Shown: piece by piece, positions 32,030 to 33,071 of the stretch
Layout: each line of letters opens with the position of its first letter
Numbering within the stretch: position 1 is the first letter of the stretch
Source: a bacterium
Lineage (GTDB): Bacteria; SAR324; NAC60-12
Direction: 5' to 3'
Length of the DNA stretch: 33,071 nt
Assembly (NCBI GenBank): GCA_965233585.1
Contig: CBDDTI010000477.1
Span: forward strand, 1-33,071
Translations under genes and position numbers: made by a program
The notes under the pieces: model-generated
Databases searched by the model: none
What the model was told of the DNA's origin: nothing
Seen by the model: the letters and a program-made list of their open reading frames with translations, nothing else

Positions 32030-33071
32030 GGGAGGGGTGATGGGGTGGGCGGGTGTGTTAACGTTCCTGACACTTCGCCTTGAAGATGATGTTACGCTAC
32101 GGCACGTTGTCTTGGAAGTTGCGTCATGTCATGATGGGGTCAGGGTTGGGCGGGTGTGTTAACGTTCCTGACACTTCGCCTTGAAAATGATGTTACGCTA
32201 CGGCACATTGTCTTGGAAGTTGCGTCATGTCATGATGGGGTCAGGGTTGGGCGGGTGTGTTGACGTTCGTTTGTTGACGTTCCTGACACTTGCATCTTAA
32301 AGATGATGCTACGTTACGGCACGTTGTCTTGGAAGTTGCGTCATGTCATGATGGGGTCAGGGTTGGGCGGGTGTGTTGACGTTCGTTTGTTAACGTTCCT
32401 GACACTTGCGTCTTGAAGATGATGTTACGCTACGGCACATCGTCTTGGAAGTTGCGTCATGTCATGATGGGGTCAGGGTTGGGCGGGTGTGTTGACGTTC
32501 CTGACACTTGCGTCTTGAAGATGATGCTACACTAAGGCACATTGTCTTGGAAGTTGCGTCATGTCATGATGGGTTCAGGGTTGGGCGAGTGTGTTGACGT
32601 TCGTTTGTTGACGTTCCTGACACTTGCATCTTGAAGATGATGCTACGTTACGGCACGTTGTCTTGGAAGTTGCGTCATGTCATGATGGGGTCAGGGTTGG
32701 GCGGGTGTGTTGACGTTCGTTTGTTGACGTTCCTGACACTTGCATCTTGAAGATGATGCTACGTTACGGCACGTTGTCTTGGAAGTTGCGTCATGTCATG
32801 ATGGGGTCAGGGTTGGGCGGGTGTGTTGATGTTCGTGACACTTGCGTCTTGAAGATGATGCTACGTTACGGCACGTTGTCTTGGAAGTTGCGTCATGTCA
32901 TGATGGGTTCAGGGTTGGGCGGGTGTGAGGACGTTCCTGACACTTGCGTCTTGAAGATGATGCTACGTTACAGCACGTTGTCTTGGAAGTTGCGTCATGT
33001 CATGGTGGGGTCAGGGTTGAGCGGGTGTGTTGCCGTTCCTGACACTTGCGTCTTGAAGATGATGCTACGTT
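32030..33071. repeat. Young tandem repeat, 101-102 bp and 116 bp unit variants, about 10 units, runs off the window
   Basis: ggcgggtgtg anchors (allowing single mismatches) at ~32048, 32149, 32250, 32366, 32482, 32584, 32700, 32816, 32918 and 33020; long units carry a 14-bp internal duplication (gacgttcgtttgtt). Confidence 0.95.

Overview
Eukaryotic, repeat-dominated DNA with no prokaryotic genes, rRNA/tRNA or CRISPR locus. The repeat families and the short-exon gene style resemble a dinoflagellate (Symbiodiniaceae) genome; this is inference from recall, not a search result. Most of the window is a nested mosaic of non-coding modules, each an internal mini/microsatellite array between fixed GC-rich termini, and almost all listed ORFs are read-throughs of these repeats. 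Main points: (1) Several modules have Helitron2/Helentron-like ends (5' TC, asymmetric terminal inverted repeats, 3' CTRR|T); the best case (5530-10014) has two empty-site paralogues inside the window. (2) A frameshifted, apparently intronless USP/peptidase C19 remnant (GLKNLGNSCWPNAVLQC, absent from the ORF track) lies inside a ~9 kb composite element, downstream of spliced-leader-like relicts. (3) Two sharply bounded zones (about 21.7-24.2 kb and 26.0-27.2 kb) are copies of repeats found elsewhere in the window but heavily converted G>A/C>T, a RIP-like pattern. (4) A 3 kb segment is bounded by structured ~115 bp direct repeats and contains three spaced palindromes. (5) A probable multi-exon minus-strand host gene occupies about 27.8-31.5 kb.
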